Made by a program: the position numbers and the translations under genes
Notes under the pieces: generated by a model
What the model was told of the DNA's origin: nothing
What the model saw: the letters and a program-made list of their open reading frames with translations, nothing else
Database searches by the model: none
Source: Bacilli bacterium
GTDB lineage: Bacteria; Bacillota_I; Bacilli_A; RF39; UBA660
Direction: 5' to 3'
DNA length: 64,000 nt
Assembly: GCA_017428495.1 (NCBI GenBank)
Contig: JAFRQS010000023.1
Location: 670-64,669, forward strand
Part shown: positions 8,236 through 18,524 of the stretch, piece by piece
Layout of the letters: each line of letters begins with the position of its first letter
How positions within the stretch are numbered: the first letter of the stretch is position 1

Positions 8236-8339
8236 GTTTACACCTTCTATTCATATAAATTATATCAAAATAAGTCTATATGTACAATAAATTATATGAA
8301 AGAAATTGATATATATGATATAATTGTAGTGGTGATATT

Positions 8340-8909
8340 ATGAAGATTAGTATTGGTATATCTGCAAGGCATGTTCATTTGTGCCAAAGAGATTTTGAAG
8401 CATTATTTGGTAAAGATGGTCATTTAACAAAATATGTAGATTTAAATCAACCTACTATGTTTGCTGCAAATGAAAAAGTAAGTATTATAACTGATGGTGG
8501 TAGGATTGATAATGTAAGAATAGTTGGGCCAATAAGACCTTATACTCAAGTTGAAATAAGTAAGACTGACTCATATAAGTTAAAATTAAATCCACCTGTT
8601 AGAGGATCTGGTGATTTAGATAATTCTGAGTCTGTTTATATAGAATATAATGGCAATAGGATATTTGCAAAAAATTCTTGTATAATTGCTAATAGACATA
8701 TTCATATTAGAACTTGTGATTTGGATAAATATGGTTTTAAAGATAATCAAATAGTTAAATTAAAAGTAAATAGTATTAAAGGCGGTACATTAGATAATGT
8801 GTTTATAAAGGCTACAGATGAGGCTTATTTTGAGGCTCATTTAGATTTAGATGACGCGAATGCTAATTTTATTAATGATGGAGATATTGGGGAAATAATT
8901 AGTGAATGA
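8340..8909 (+). CDS. pduL: PduL-type phosphate propanoyl/acetyltransferase
   Basis: GISARHVHL, QVEISKTD, IIANRHIHI and AHLDLDDANA. Confidence 0.92.
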   Translation: MKISIGISARHVHLCQRDFEALFGKDGHLTKYVDLNQPTMFAANEKVSIITDGGRIDNVRIVGPIRPYTQVEISKTDSYKLKLNPPVRGSGDLDNSESVYIEYNGNRIFAKNSCIIANRHIHIRTCDLDKYGFKDNQIVKLKVNSIKGGTLDNVFIKATDEAYFEAHLDLDDANANFINDGDIGEIISE

Positions 8910-9117
8910 GTTTAAAGTATGTAATAAATGTAAAGGATTTAATTTTCATGAACTTATTGCTAAATTAAAGAATATTGATGAATCTGCTAAAATAATAATT
9001 GGATGTCAAAGTATGTGTGCTGTTGGTGCTAAAAAACCTTTCGTAATAGTTAATGGTATACCAATTGTAGGTGATAATATAGATTTGTTAATTGATAAAA
9101 TTAAAGAAGTTATATAA
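8902..9117 (+). CDS. DUF1450 (YuzB-like) small Cys protein
   Basis: FKVCNKC...IIGCQSMCAVGAKKPFVIVNG. Confidence 0.8.
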   Translation: MNEFKVCNKCKGFNFHELIAKLKNIDESAKIIIGCQSMCAVGAKKPFVIVNGIPIVGDNIDLLIDKIKEVI

Positions 9118-9144
9118 TTTCTTTTTTTATAGGAAGTGATAAAA

Positions 9145-10113
9145 ATGAAATGGAAAATAGGTAGTGTAGAAATAAAAAATCAAGTAGTACTTGCACCTAT
9201 GGCAGGTATTTGTAATAGTGCTTTTAGAAGAATAATAAAAGAGATGGGTGCTGGTCTTATATATGCTGAGATGGTTAGTGATAAGGCAATAGTATATGAA
9301 AATAAAAAGACTACTGATATGCTATATATGACTGATTATGAAAGACCTATAAGTCAACAAATATTTGGTAGTGATATTACATCATTTGTAGAATCTGCAA
9401 GAATAGTATATGAAAAGATGAAACCTGATATTATAGATATAAATATGGGATGCCCTGTACCTAAAGTGGCAGTAGGCGCTCAGGCTGGAGCAGCATTATT
9501 AAAAAATCCAGAAAAAATATATGAGATAGTAAGTGCAGTAGTGAAAACAGTTCCTGTTCCAGTAACTGTTAAAATTAGAAGTGGATGGGATAAAGATCAT
9601 ATTAATGCTGTAGAAGTTGCACGTGTTTGTGAAAAAGCTGGTGCAAGTGCAATATGTGTACACCCAAGGACTAGAAATCAAAGATATGAAGGGTTATCTG
9701 ATTGGAATATTATAAAAGAAGTTAAAAGTAATGTAAGTATTCCTGTAATAGGTAACGGAGATATAAAAAGTATTTATGATGCTAAAAGAATGCTAGATGA
9801 AACAGGTTGTGATGCTGTTATGATAGGTAGAGCAGCATTGGGAAATCCCTGGTTAATAAAAGACATAGTGGAATATTTAGAAAATGGTAATGAATGTAAT
9901 GCTATTACAAAAGATGAAAAAATAGATATGTGTATTAAACATATGAATTATTTATTAGAATTTAAACCTGAGAAAACAGCAATACTCGAAATGAGAAGTC
10001 ATATTGCTTGGTATTTGAAAGGTTTAAATGGTTCGAATGATGTAAAAAGAGAAATATTTAAATCTACTACTAAAAAAGAAGTATTAGAAATATTGGAAAA
10101 ATTTAGATATTAA
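9145..10113 (+). CDS. dusB: tRNA-dihydrouridine synthase DusB
   Basis: LAPMAG, IDINMGCPVPKV, IGNGDI and VMIGRAALGNPW. Confidence 0.96.
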   Translation: MKWKIGSVEIKNQVVLAPMAGICNSAFRRIIKEMGAGLIYAEMVSDKAIVYENKKTTDMLYMTDYERPISQQIFGSDITSFVESARIVYEKMKPDIIDINMGCPVPKVAVGAQAGAALLKNPEKIYEIVSAVVKTVPVPVTVKIRSGWDKDHINAVEVARVCEKAGASAICVHPRTRNQRYEGLSDWNIIKEVKSNVSIPVIGNGDIKSIYDAKRMLDETGCDAVMIGRAALGNPWLIKDIVEYLENGNECNAITKDEKIDMCIKHMNYLLEFKPEKTAILEMRSHIAWYLKGLNGSNDVKREIFKSTTKKEVLEILEKFRY

Positions 10114-10174
10114 GGCTTTAATTTATTTACAAGCCTTATAAATTGGTATAAAATGGAGATAAGGAGTGTTATTT

Positions 10175-11650
10175 ATGCGTGAGTATACAGAACAAGAGCT
10201 AGTAAGAAGAGAAAAAGCAAGAAAATTGTTAGAAAGAGGTATAGATCCATTTGGCTCTAAATTTGATGTAACATCAGATTCAAAAACTATAAAAGAATTG
10301 TATGGTGAATGTACTAATGAAGAATTAGAAGAAAAAGATATTGAAGTATCTGTAGCTGGAAGAATTATGACAAAAAGAGGTAAGGGTAAAGCTGGATTTA
10401 TGCATATTCAAGATAAATATGGTCAAATTCAGATTTATGTAAAGCTTGATAATGTAGGTGAAGAAGAATATCAATTATTTGATATGGCAGATATTGGAGA
10501 TATAGTAGGTATTAAAGGTAAAGTTTTTAGAACTCATATGGGCGAATTAAGCGTTAAGGCTTTAGAATATATTCATTTATCAAAAGCATTAAGACCACTA
10601 CCAGAAAAATATCATGGTCTTACTGATGTAGAAGAAAGATTTAGAAGAAGATATGTAGACTTGATAATGAATGAAGATGCAAGAAGAATAGCATTTATGC
10701 GTCCTAAAATTATTAGAAGTATACAGGAATATCTTGATAGTAATGGATATGTAGAGGTAGAAACTCCTATTTTAGGTACTATTTTAGGTGGTGCTGCAGC
10801 AAGGCCATTTATTACTCATCATAATACATTAGATTTAGATATGTATTTGAGAATAGCTACTGAATTAAATTTAAAAAGATTATTAGTAGGTGGTATGGAT
10901 GCTGTATATGAAATAGGTAGATTGTTTAGAAATGAAGGTATGGATAGAAAACATAATCCTGAATTTACAACTGTTGAATTGTATAAAGCATATAGCGATT
11001 TAGATGGTATGAAAAAAGCTTGTGAAGATATATTTAGAAAATGTGTTTATGATGCTACTGGAAGTTATATTTTAAATTGGAAGGGTCATGAAATAGATTT
11101 TTCTAAGCCATTTAAGAGTGCTAAAATGGTAGATTTAATTAAAGAAAAAACAGGTATAGATTTTTATGAAAAGATGACATTAGATGAGGCTAAAAAATTA
11201 GCGGTTGAGCATAATGTAGTAGTAGAAGATCATTTTGAAGTGGGTCATATAATTAATGCATTTTTTGAAACATTTGTTGAAGAAACATTAGTTGAGCCTA
11301 CATTTGTATGTGAGTATCCTATAGAAGTAAGTCCTCTTGCAAAAAAATGTAAAGATGAAAGATTTACTCAAAGATTTGAGATATTTATTTGTGGTTCTGA
11401 ATATGGTAATGCTTTTACAGAATTAAATGATCCAATTGATCAAAGAGAAAGATTTGAAAACCAATTAAAAGAGAAGAATCTTGGTAATGATGAAGCTAAT
11501 GATATGGATGAAGATTATGTAGAAGCATTAGAGTATGGTATGCCACCTGCAGGTGGACTTGGTATTGGTATTGACAGACTTGTTATGATGATATCAGGAT
11601 CTGAAAATATACGTGAGGTAATTTTATTCCCACACATGAAAAATAAATAG
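10175..11650 (+). CDS. lysS: Lysine--tRNA ligase (class II)
   Basis: RFRRRYVDL, YLRIATEL, FRNEG and EYGMPPAGGLGIGIDRL; follows dusB as in Bacillus. Confidence 0.98.
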   Translation: MREYTEQELVRREKARKLLERGIDPFGSKFDVTSDSKTIKELYGECTNEELEEKDIEVSVAGRIMTKRGKGKAGFMHIQDKYGQIQIYVKLDNVGEEEYQLFDMADIGDIVGIKGKVFRTHMGELSVKALEYIHLSKALRPLPEKYHGLTDVEERFRRRYVDLIMNEDARRIAFMRPKIIRSIQEYLDSNGYVEVETPILGTILGGAAARPFITHHNTLDLDMYLRIATELNLKRLLVGGMDAVYEIGRLFRNEGMDRKHNPEFTTVELYKAYSDLDGMKKACEDIFRKCVYDATGSYILNWKGHEIDFSKPFKSAKMVDLIKEKTGIDFYEKMTLDEAKKLAVEHNVVVEDHFEVGHIINAFFETFVEETLVEPTFVCEYPIEVSPLAKKCKDERFTQRFEIFICGSEYGNAFTELNDPIDQRERFENQLKEKNLGNDEANDMDEDYVEALEYGMPPAGGLGIGIDRLVMMISGSENIREVILFPHMKNK

Positions 11651-11661
11651 AGGAGGTTTTT

Positions 11662-13032
11662 ATGAAAAACAAAAGTGTATTAAAAGCGTTTGGTATAATG
11701 TTATTTATAACATTTATATTGACATGGGTTGTTCCATCTTCAATAATTGGTGATGGAGTAACTATTGGAAAGATTGCGCCAACAGGTTGGGCTGATATTT
11801 TTACATCACTTGAAGTTGTTGCACAATATTTCTTGAAACCAGCAATATTTGTATTATTTGTTGGTATGTTTTATGGGGTGGCTAATAAGTCTGGAGCATT
11901 AAAAGGTTTAGTTGATTATTTAGTAGCAAAGTTTAAGAAAAGAAAAGCATTGTTTGTAATAGTAACAGTTTTATTCTATTCACTTGTTACAGCATTAACT
12001 GGAATATATTTCCAAATGTTTATGTTTATACCATTGTCAATAGCAGTACTTATTGGACTTAAATACAATAAAGTTCAAAGTATACTCGCAACAGTAGGCG
12101 CTAGTACTATTGGGTTATTAGCAGAAATATCTAATAGTATGATAAAAGCTATGGCTAGTACAAATGATAATCCATATTTATGGATAAAAGTACCATTATT
12201 AGTAGTATTAGTGGCTTTAACAATATTGTATATTCTTAAAGTTTCTCAAAAGAAAGATGAGAAAAAAGAAGATAGCATAATGTTTGTTCCACAAGCAAGA
12301 GATGCTAAGAAGAAGGTAAATGTAAAAGGTTTATCTTTAGCAATTGTTTTGTGTCTTACATTTGTTGTGTTTGTACTTGGTTTAACACCTTGGAGTAATG
12401 CAGATGTATTTAGTAAAGCATATACAGCAATTAAAAATGTAAAATTAGTTAACTTTAATGTATTTGATGCAATATTAGGTAAATTTGAAGTTTTTGGAAG
12501 TTGGACATATAATTCAATATATCCAACTATAGGGTTAGGCATTTTAGTACTTTCATTGTCAACACATTTATCATTAGGAGAATTGTTTGAAAGTGCTATT
12601 GAAGGTGCAAAAAAGGTAATGAGTTTAGCAATTCTTACTGCTTTAATGAGTCTAATAGTAATATTCTCTTTAAATTCAGGATTTGTAGGTACTATACTAA
12701 ATTCAATAGCTAAAAATGGAAATGTAGCTCTTGCTGCGATTGGTTCTATTGTAGGTGCACCATTTATGACAGAAGAAACTTATGCATTACAATATTTAAT
12801 GTCAACATTGTTCTATTCAGTGAATAAACAAGAATTATTAAGTTTATATGGATTAATAATTCAGACAACATATAATACAGTAATGTTAATAGCTCCATCA
12901 AGTATATTACTAATGATTGGACTTGCTTATGTTGAAGAAGGCTATTGTAAGTGGGTTAAATATATATGGAAATTTGTATTAGCAGTATTTGTGGCAACAT
13001 TAATTTCTATTACTGTAGCAACATTAATATAA
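11662..13032 (+). CDS. YfcC/DcuC-like multi-TM transporter
   Basis: About 12 hydrophobic segments; FILTWVVPS, FVLFVGMFYGVANKSGAL and YxKWVKYIWK resemble the YfcC family. Confidence 0.7.
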   Translation: MKNKSVLKAFGIMLFITFILTWVVPSSIIGDGVTIGKIAPTGWADIFTSLEVVAQYFLKPAIFVLFVGMFYGVANKSGALKGLVDYLVAKFKKRKALFVIVTVLFYSLVTALTGIYFQMFMFIPLSIAVLIGLKYNKVQSILATVGASTIGLLAEISNSMIKAMASTNDNPYLWIKVPLLVVLVALTILYILKVSQKKDEKKEDSIMFVPQARDAKKKVNVKGLSLAIVLCLTFVVFVLGLTPWSNADVFSKAYTAIKNVKLVNFNVFDAILGKFEVFGSWTYNSIYPTIGLGILVLSLSTHLSLGELFESAIEGAKKVMSLAILTALMSLIVIFSLNSGFVGTILNSIAKNGNVALAAIGSIVGAPFMTEETYALQYLMSTLFYSVNKQELLSLYGLIIQTTYNTVMLIAPSSILLMIGLAYVEEGYCKWVKYIWKFVLAVFVATLISITVATLI

Positions 13033-13058
13033 CAAAGTAGATATCTACTTTGTTTTTT
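13031..13058 (+). terminator. Rho-independent terminator
   Basis: ACAAAGTAGA-TA-TCTACTTTGT followed by a T run. Confidence 0.75.
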
Positions 13059-13120
13059 TATTAATAATATGTATATTGTTTAAAATTGTAAAAAGTTATA
13101 TAATTATAATAGGTGATAGT

Positions 13121-14473
13121 ATGAATAAAAGAGGTTTTACTTTAGTAGAAGTTATAGTTAGCTTTGTTCTTATTACGGCAGTTTCATTAGCATTATTTAA
13201 AACTACATTGTCTATTCAAGAAAAACAAAAAGAGAATTTAGCAATAAATTCATTTAAAGCATTTAATCTAGCAATTAATAATGAGATACAATATGATTTT
13301 TTAACTGATAAAATATTATCTACAACTCCATGTGGAGATAGTTGTTATGATATTGTATTTGAGAATAGAGGAACCGTTAGGACAACTTTAAATAAAGAGG
13401 ATGGTATAATAACATATGGAAGTTTCAAGGAAAAATTGCCAAGTGAGTATAAGTTTTATGATGATATGCTAATTACCAGTTATTCATCAGATAATGAAGG
13501 TCTAAATTCATATGTAGTAATGACTATACCTGTAAAGAGTAATTATGAGCCAAATTTGAGTAATATAAAATATATGTATCAGTATGATAAGAATAATCCA
13601 AATGCATTGGTTGATTTAAATTTACCAAATGCAAGTGATATATTTGCATCTAAAGTAGGTGAATGTGGATTATATAGAGATGATCACGGTGATTTGAGAT
13701 ATCAAGGATCAAATCCATGTAATTATGTAACATTTAATGATGAAACATGGAGGATAGTAGGGATATTTACTGTTGATGGGGATAAAAGAATAAAGATTGT
13801 TAGAGAAGAGTCATTGGGCAGTTATTCATGGGATTCAAGTGATTCTACTATAAATGGTGGCGATGGAATAAATCAATGGGGACCATCTGGAACATATGTT
13901 GGTGCAGACTTAATGTTGGAATTGAATGGTGACTATTTGAATTCTTCATTATCCGCAAATACAAATTGGTATAATGGTGAAGATGGACAGCAGGATGCAG
14001 TATTTAATAAAGATTATGTTTTAAAGCAAGATTCAAAAAAATTAATAGCTGATACAACATGGCATTTAGGTGCGTTTACTGGGACCGCAATTAATTCATT
14101 AGCCTCAGTATATTTAGCAGAAAGAGGAGTGGATCATTTTGCAAATCCGACTGATGGTGTAGAAAGAACAAATACATGGAAAGGTAAAGTTGGATTGATC
14201 TATCCATCTGATTTTGGATATGCTTCAGCAAATTATTCATGCAAGGACAATATTAATTCGACTGGTATTTGTGATAATAATTGGATGTCTAATTATGGTT
14301 GGACTATTACTACTACCGCATCCACTGTGAAACATGGTTGGTATTCGGTTGCTCAGAATAATACTGGTTCCAAGATGGCGGTTGCACATCCAGTACATCC
14401 ATCAGTATACTTAAAATCAATTGTTAAAGTTGCTGGAGAAGGTACAACTGATAATCCATATATATTTAGTTAA
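13121..14473 (+). CDS. Prepilin-type N-terminal cleavage/methylation protein with large C-terminal extracellular (DUF6273-like) domain
   Basis: MNKRG/FTLVEVIVSFVLI class III signal; C-terminal NYVTFNDETWRIVG, KVGLIYPSDFGYA and GEGTTDNPY motifs. Confidence 0.8.
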   Translation: MNKRGFTLVEVIVSFVLITAVSLALFKTTLSIQEKQKENLAINSFKAFNLAINNEIQYDFLTDKILSTTPCGDSCYDIVFENRGTVRTTLNKEDGIITYGSFKEKLPSEYKFYDDMLITSYSSDNEGLNSYVVMTIPVKSNYEPNLSNIKYMYQYDKNNPNALVDLNLPNASDIFASKVGECGLYRDDHGDLRYQGSNPCNYVTFNDETWRIVGIFTVDGDKRIKIVREESLGSYSWDSSDSTINGGDGINQWGPSGTYVGADLMLELNGDYLNSSLSANTNWYNGEDGQQDAVFNKDYVLKQDSKKLIADTTWHLGAFTGTAINSLASVYLAERGVDHFANPTDGVERTNTWKGKVGLIYPSDFGYASANYSCKDNINSTGICDNNWMSNYGWTITTTASTVKHGWYSVAQNNTGSKMAVAHPVHPSVYLKSIVKVAGEGTTDNPYIFS

Positions 14474-14474
14474 A

Positions 14475-14500
14475 AATAGTGATTTAAATCACTATTTTTT
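14475..14500 (+). terminator. Rho-independent terminator
   Basis: AAAATAGTGAT-TTAA-ATCACTATTTT followed by Ts. Confidence 0.75.
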
Positions 14501-14501
14501 T

Positions 14502-14532
14502 GCATATAAAATACCTTTTAAACACATAATTA
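14502..14532 (+). promoter_or_regulatory. Putative sigma-G/F-type promoter for clpC
   Basis: GCATA-N18-CATAATT(A); no sigma-A -35 evident and no CtsR heptad repeat seen. Confidence 0.4.
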
Positions 14533-14549
14533 TATAGAAGGGAGATTAT

Positions 14550-16778
14550 ATGTTTCAAAAATTTGATGAGGAATCTAGAAAAGTATTGATATGTGCAAAA
14601 AGAGAAATGCAAAGTTTAAAACATGATTATATTGGAACAGAACATGTAATACTTGGTATTTTAAGTAATAATAATTGCATTACTGATATGCTTAAAAAGT
14701 ATGGTGTTAATTATGAGAATTTTAGAAATAAATTAATTGAGATAGTTGGAATTGGTAGTGTATCAAATGATTTGTATTTATATACTCCTTTATTAAAAAA
14801 AATAATAGAAAATGTAGTTGTTGAAGAAAGAGATAATGGTGGTGAAATATCATTGTCTAATATTTTTAATGGTATTATCTCTGAGGGTGATGGTGTTGGA
14901 ATAAGAATACTTTTAGAATTGAAAATAGATATAGATAAGTTATATGGTAATGTGATTAAAAATGTATCTAAGAAAAAACATAAAAAAAGTATTTTAGATG
15001 AATTAGGTGTTGATTTAAATTTAAAAGCTAAGAATGGATTGATTGATCCAGTCATAGGTAGAGAAAAAGAGATTAATAGAATGATTGAAATATTATGTAG
15101 AAGAACTAAAAATAATCCAATTTTAATAGGAGAAGCAGGAGTTGGTAAAACCGCTATTGTGGAATACTTATCAAAAAAAATTGTGGAGGGGAATGTTCCT
15201 GATATATTAAAAAATAAAAGAATTATTTCTTTAGATATGGCCTCTTCAGTTGCTGGTACTAAATATCGTGGTGAATTTGAAGAACGTATGAAAAAGGTTT
15301 TAGATGAGTTAGAAAATGATGAAGATATAATTATATTTATAGATGAAATACATACTATAATGGGTGCTGGTGGTGCAGAAGGAGCTATTGATGCTTCTAA
15401 TATATTTAAACCATCTTTAGCACGTGGTAAAATGAGATGCATTGGTGCAACTACTATTGATGAGTATAAAAAATATATAGAAAAGGACGGGGCGTTGGAT
15501 AGAAGATTTCAAAAATTAGAAATAAAAGAACCAAATGATTGTGAAATAAAGAATATACTTATGAATTTAAAAGATATATATAGCAAGCATCATAATGTTC
15601 TTGTAAATGATAAAATAATAAATAAAATAATTTTTTATTCTAAAAATTTTATAAAGTGTAGAAAAGAACCAGATAGGTCTATAGATATACTAGATGAAGT
15701 TTGTTCTAAAGTAGCATTAAAGAATAACAAAAAAGAAAAGAATATACTAAAATTAAAGAGTAAATTATCAACTGTAATAAAGAGTAAAGAAATATTAATC
15801 TCTAATAATAAATTTAAAGAGGCATATAAATTAAAAAAGTCTGAAGATAAAATGAATTCCATTTTAAATAAGTTGGAAATAGAAAATGCTAATATAATTA
15901 AATCTGTATCTGAAAATGATATTCTAGAAGTGATAAAATCTAAAGTTAATATTCCAATATTAAATATTGATGATAATTATTTAAATTATATTAAAAATTG
16001 TATAACAAAAAGAATAGTAGGGAATACTAATGCAATAAATGAAATATTAAAAATGTGCAAAGTTTTTAATAGAAATTATGATTGTTTATCATTGTTATTA
16101 TGTGGTAATAAAGGTCTTGGCAAATGTAGTGTAGCTAAATTATTTGCTGAGTTACTAGTGGGAAAAGATAATATAATTTATTTAGATACAAGTAGTATGT
16201 ATTCTGTTAATGCAATAAATAATAGTGGTATATTTAATGAAATAAAAAATAAATCTAGAGTTGTTATTATACTTGATGATATAGAGAAATGTAATAATGA
16301 TATATTAAATTTATTTATAGATGGATTAAAAAATGGAAGTTTTAAAGATTATAGTGGTAATGATATAAGTCTTAAAAATGTTATTATAATTATGATTGCT
16401 AATATAGATATAAGTAATAAATCATTTGGATTTTCTGATAAATCAAATGATAAATACTATTATTTAAATAGGAAATTTGGTAGGGATTTTATAGGTAGTA
16501 TAACTAAAATAATACAATTTGATAATTTAAATGAAAAGGAAAGAATTATGGTTGTTGATAAATACCTTAATAAATTAGAAGATAAATATAAAGTGAAGAT
16601 AATTTTATCTCTTGAAATAAAAAATAAAATTGTTGAGTCTATTAATTATGAAGGTGATACAACAAAAAATATATATAAAATTATTAGGGAAAGCATTGAA
16701 CCTATAATTATTGATAAATTATCGGCAGGTAATAGTGTTATTCATATTAATAGTTTAAATACTGTAAGGGTTGTTTAA
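14550..16778 (+). CDS. clpC: ClpC-family AAA+ chaperone with intact D1 and degenerate D2
   Basis: N-domain IGTEHVILG; D1 GEAGVGKT, GTKYRGEFE, IFIDEIH, ALDRRFQ; D2 GNKGLGKCS, ILDDIEK, no GYVG loop; lies between lysS and gltX. Confidence 0.9.
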   Translation: MFQKFDEESRKVLICAKREMQSLKHDYIGTEHVILGILSNNNCITDMLKKYGVNYENFRNKLIEIVGIGSVSNDLYLYTPLLKKIIENVVVEERDNGGEISLSNIFNGIISEGDGVGIRILLELKIDIDKLYGNVIKNVSKKKHKKSILDELGVDLNLKAKNGLIDPVIGREKEINRMIEILCRRTKNNPILIGEAGVGKTAIVEYLSKKIVEGNVPDILKNKRIISLDMASSVAGTKYRGEFEERMKKVLDELENDEDIIIFIDEIHTIMGAGGAEGAIDASNIFKPSLARGKMRCIGATTIDEYKKYIEKDGALDRRFQKLEIKEPNDCEIKNILMNLKDIYSKHHNVLVNDKIINKIIFYSKNFIKCRKEPDRSIDILDEVCSKVALKNNKKEKNILKLKSKLSTVIKSKEILISNNKFKEAYKLKKSEDKMNSILNKLEIENANIIKSVSENDILEVIKSKVNIPILNIDDNYLNYIKNCITKRIVGNTNAINEILKMCKVFNRNYDCLSLLLCGNKGLGKCSVAKLFAELLVGKDNIIYLDTSSMYSVNAINNSGIFNEIKNKSRVVIILDDIEKCNNDILNLFIDGLKNGSFKDYSGNDISLKNVIIIMIANIDISNKSFGFSDKSNDKYYYLNRKFGRDFIGSITKIIQFDNLNEKERIMVVDKYLNKLEDKYKVKIILSLEIKNKIVESINYEGDTTKNIYKIIRESIEPIIIDKLSAGNSVIHINSLNTVRVV

Positions 16779-16822
16779 ACTGTTTTTTTGTTTTATAATA
16801 ATTATGAATTTGGAGTGATTTT

Positions 16823-18472
16823 ATGAGTAATAAAGAATTAGCAGATTTAATATTTCCTAATATAACAAAAACTAGAGAAGATTATGAGAATATGTATCCA
16901 GTACGTGATTTGAAAGATGATGCTATAGTTACTAGATATGCACCTAGTCCAACAGGATTTATACATATTGGAGCATTACTTGCTTCATTTACTGAAAAAA
17001 CTTTTGCAAAACAATCTGGTGGTGTATTTTATTTAAGAATTGAAGATACAGATACTAAGAGAACTGTTGATAATGGTATTATGGAAATAATTAATGGTTT
17101 AAAAGAGTTTGAAGTTACTTTTGATGAAGGCCCTATTAATGAGAATGAGAGTATAGGTAATTATGGTCCATATATTCAAAGTGAAAGAAAAGAAATATAT
17201 CAAGCTTTTGTTAAGCATTTAATAAGTGAAGGAAAAGCTTATCCATGTTTTTGCACTCATGAAGAAATAGATGAAATAAGAAAAGAACAGGAAAGAGATA
17301 AATTACGTATTGGTTATTATGGTAATTATGCTAAATGTAGAAATTTAAGTAATGATGAGTGTGCAAGAAGAATAAAGAATGGTGATTCATTTATAATCAG
17401 ATTTAGATCTAATGGTGATTATAATAAGAAGATTATATGTCATGATGAAATAAAAGGAGATATATTATTCCCAGAAAATGATTTAGATATAGTTATAAAT
17501 AAAGCAGATGGCCTTCCTACTTATCATTTCGCACATTTAGTAGATGATCATTTGATGAGAACAACTCATGTAATAAGATCTGATGAATGGGTATCGAGTT
17601 TGCCGCTTCATTATCAATTGTTTGATGCCTTTGGTTTTAAAAGACCAAAATATGCTCATATTGCACCACTTGCTAAAGTGGATGAAGAAACTGGTGGAGT
17701 AAGAAAATTAAGTAAGAGAAAAGATCCAGAATGTGCAATGAGTTATTATCATAAGTTAGGTATACCATATGAGGCAGTAAGATTATATCTTGCTACTATA
17801 ACAAGCAGTGGTTTTGAAGAGTGGTATATACATAATCCAGATAGTAATATAGATGATTATAAATTTGAGTTTAAGAAAATTAGTAAGAGTCCATCATTAT
17901 TTGATTTGGATAAGTTAAATAATATATCTAGAAATTATATTAGTAGATTAAAAGCTACTGATTTGTATGATAAAGTTTCTAAATATTTAGAACAATATGA
18001 TAAAGAATTCTATGAAATATTTACTAAAGATAAGGAATATTCAACTAGTATATTGAATATTGAAAGAGAACAGAAGAAACCAAGAAAAGATATTGGATGT
18101 TATAGTGATGTTAGAAAAGAAATATGGTATATGTATGATTCATTATTTACTAATTTAAATTATGACTTTCAAAAAATAAATAATTTGGATGAAATAAGAA
18201 ATATTCTTGATATATACATTAATAAATATTATTCTTCATCTGATGATAAAGATACATGGTTTAATAAGATGAAAATGTTATGTGATGAACTTGGATATGC
18301 ATCTGATATGAAGGAGTATAAGGTTAATCCAGATAAATATAAGGGTAGTGTTGCAGATATCAGTATGGTTATAAGAGTATCGCTTACTACTAAGTCTATG
18401 ACACCTGATTTATATGAAATAATGAGAATTCTTGGTGAAGATAGAATAAGGGAAAGAATAAGCAAGATATAA
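16823..18472 (+). CDS. gltX: Glutamate--tRNA ligase
   Basis: TRYAPSPTGFIHIG, LRIEDTD, YPCFC and KLSKRK. Confidence 0.97.
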   Translation: MSNKELADLIFPNITKTREDYENMYPVRDLKDDAIVTRYAPSPTGFIHIGALLASFTEKTFAKQSGGVFYLRIEDTDTKRTVDNGIMEIINGLKEFEVTFDEGPINENESIGNYGPYIQSERKEIYQAFVKHLISEGKAYPCFCTHEEIDEIRKEQERDKLRIGYYGNYAKCRNLSNDECARRIKNGDSFIIRFRSNGDYNKKIICHDEIKGDILFPENDLDIVINKADGLPTYHFAHLVDDHLMRTTHVIRSDEWVSSLPLHYQLFDAFGFKRPKYAHIAPLAKVDEETGGVRKLSKRKDPECAMSYYHKLGIPYEAVRLYLATITSSGFEEWYIHNPDSNIDDYKFEFKKISKSPSLFDLDKLNNISRNYISRLKATDLYDKVSKYLEQYDKEFYEIFTKDKEYSTSILNIEREQKKPRKDIGCYSDVRKEIWYMYDSLFTNLNYDFQKINNLDEIRNILDIYINKYYSSSDDKDTWFNKMKMLCDELGYASDMKEYKVNPDKYKGSVADISMVIRVSLTTKSMTPDLYEIMRILGEDRIRERISKI

Positions 18473-18485
18473 TCTTGCTTTTATA
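18463..18485 (+). terminator. Rho-independent terminator
   Basis: AAGCAAGAT-ATA-ATCTTGCTT followed by Ts. Confidence 0.75.
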
Positions 18486-18524
18486 TTAAAAAAAAGATAC
18501 AATTATATTGTATTTGGAGGTATT

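Noticed and set aside
14711-15442. 243-aa minus-strand ORF
   Set aside because: Lies antisense within the conserved ClpC D1; Ser/Ile/Phe-rich shadow.
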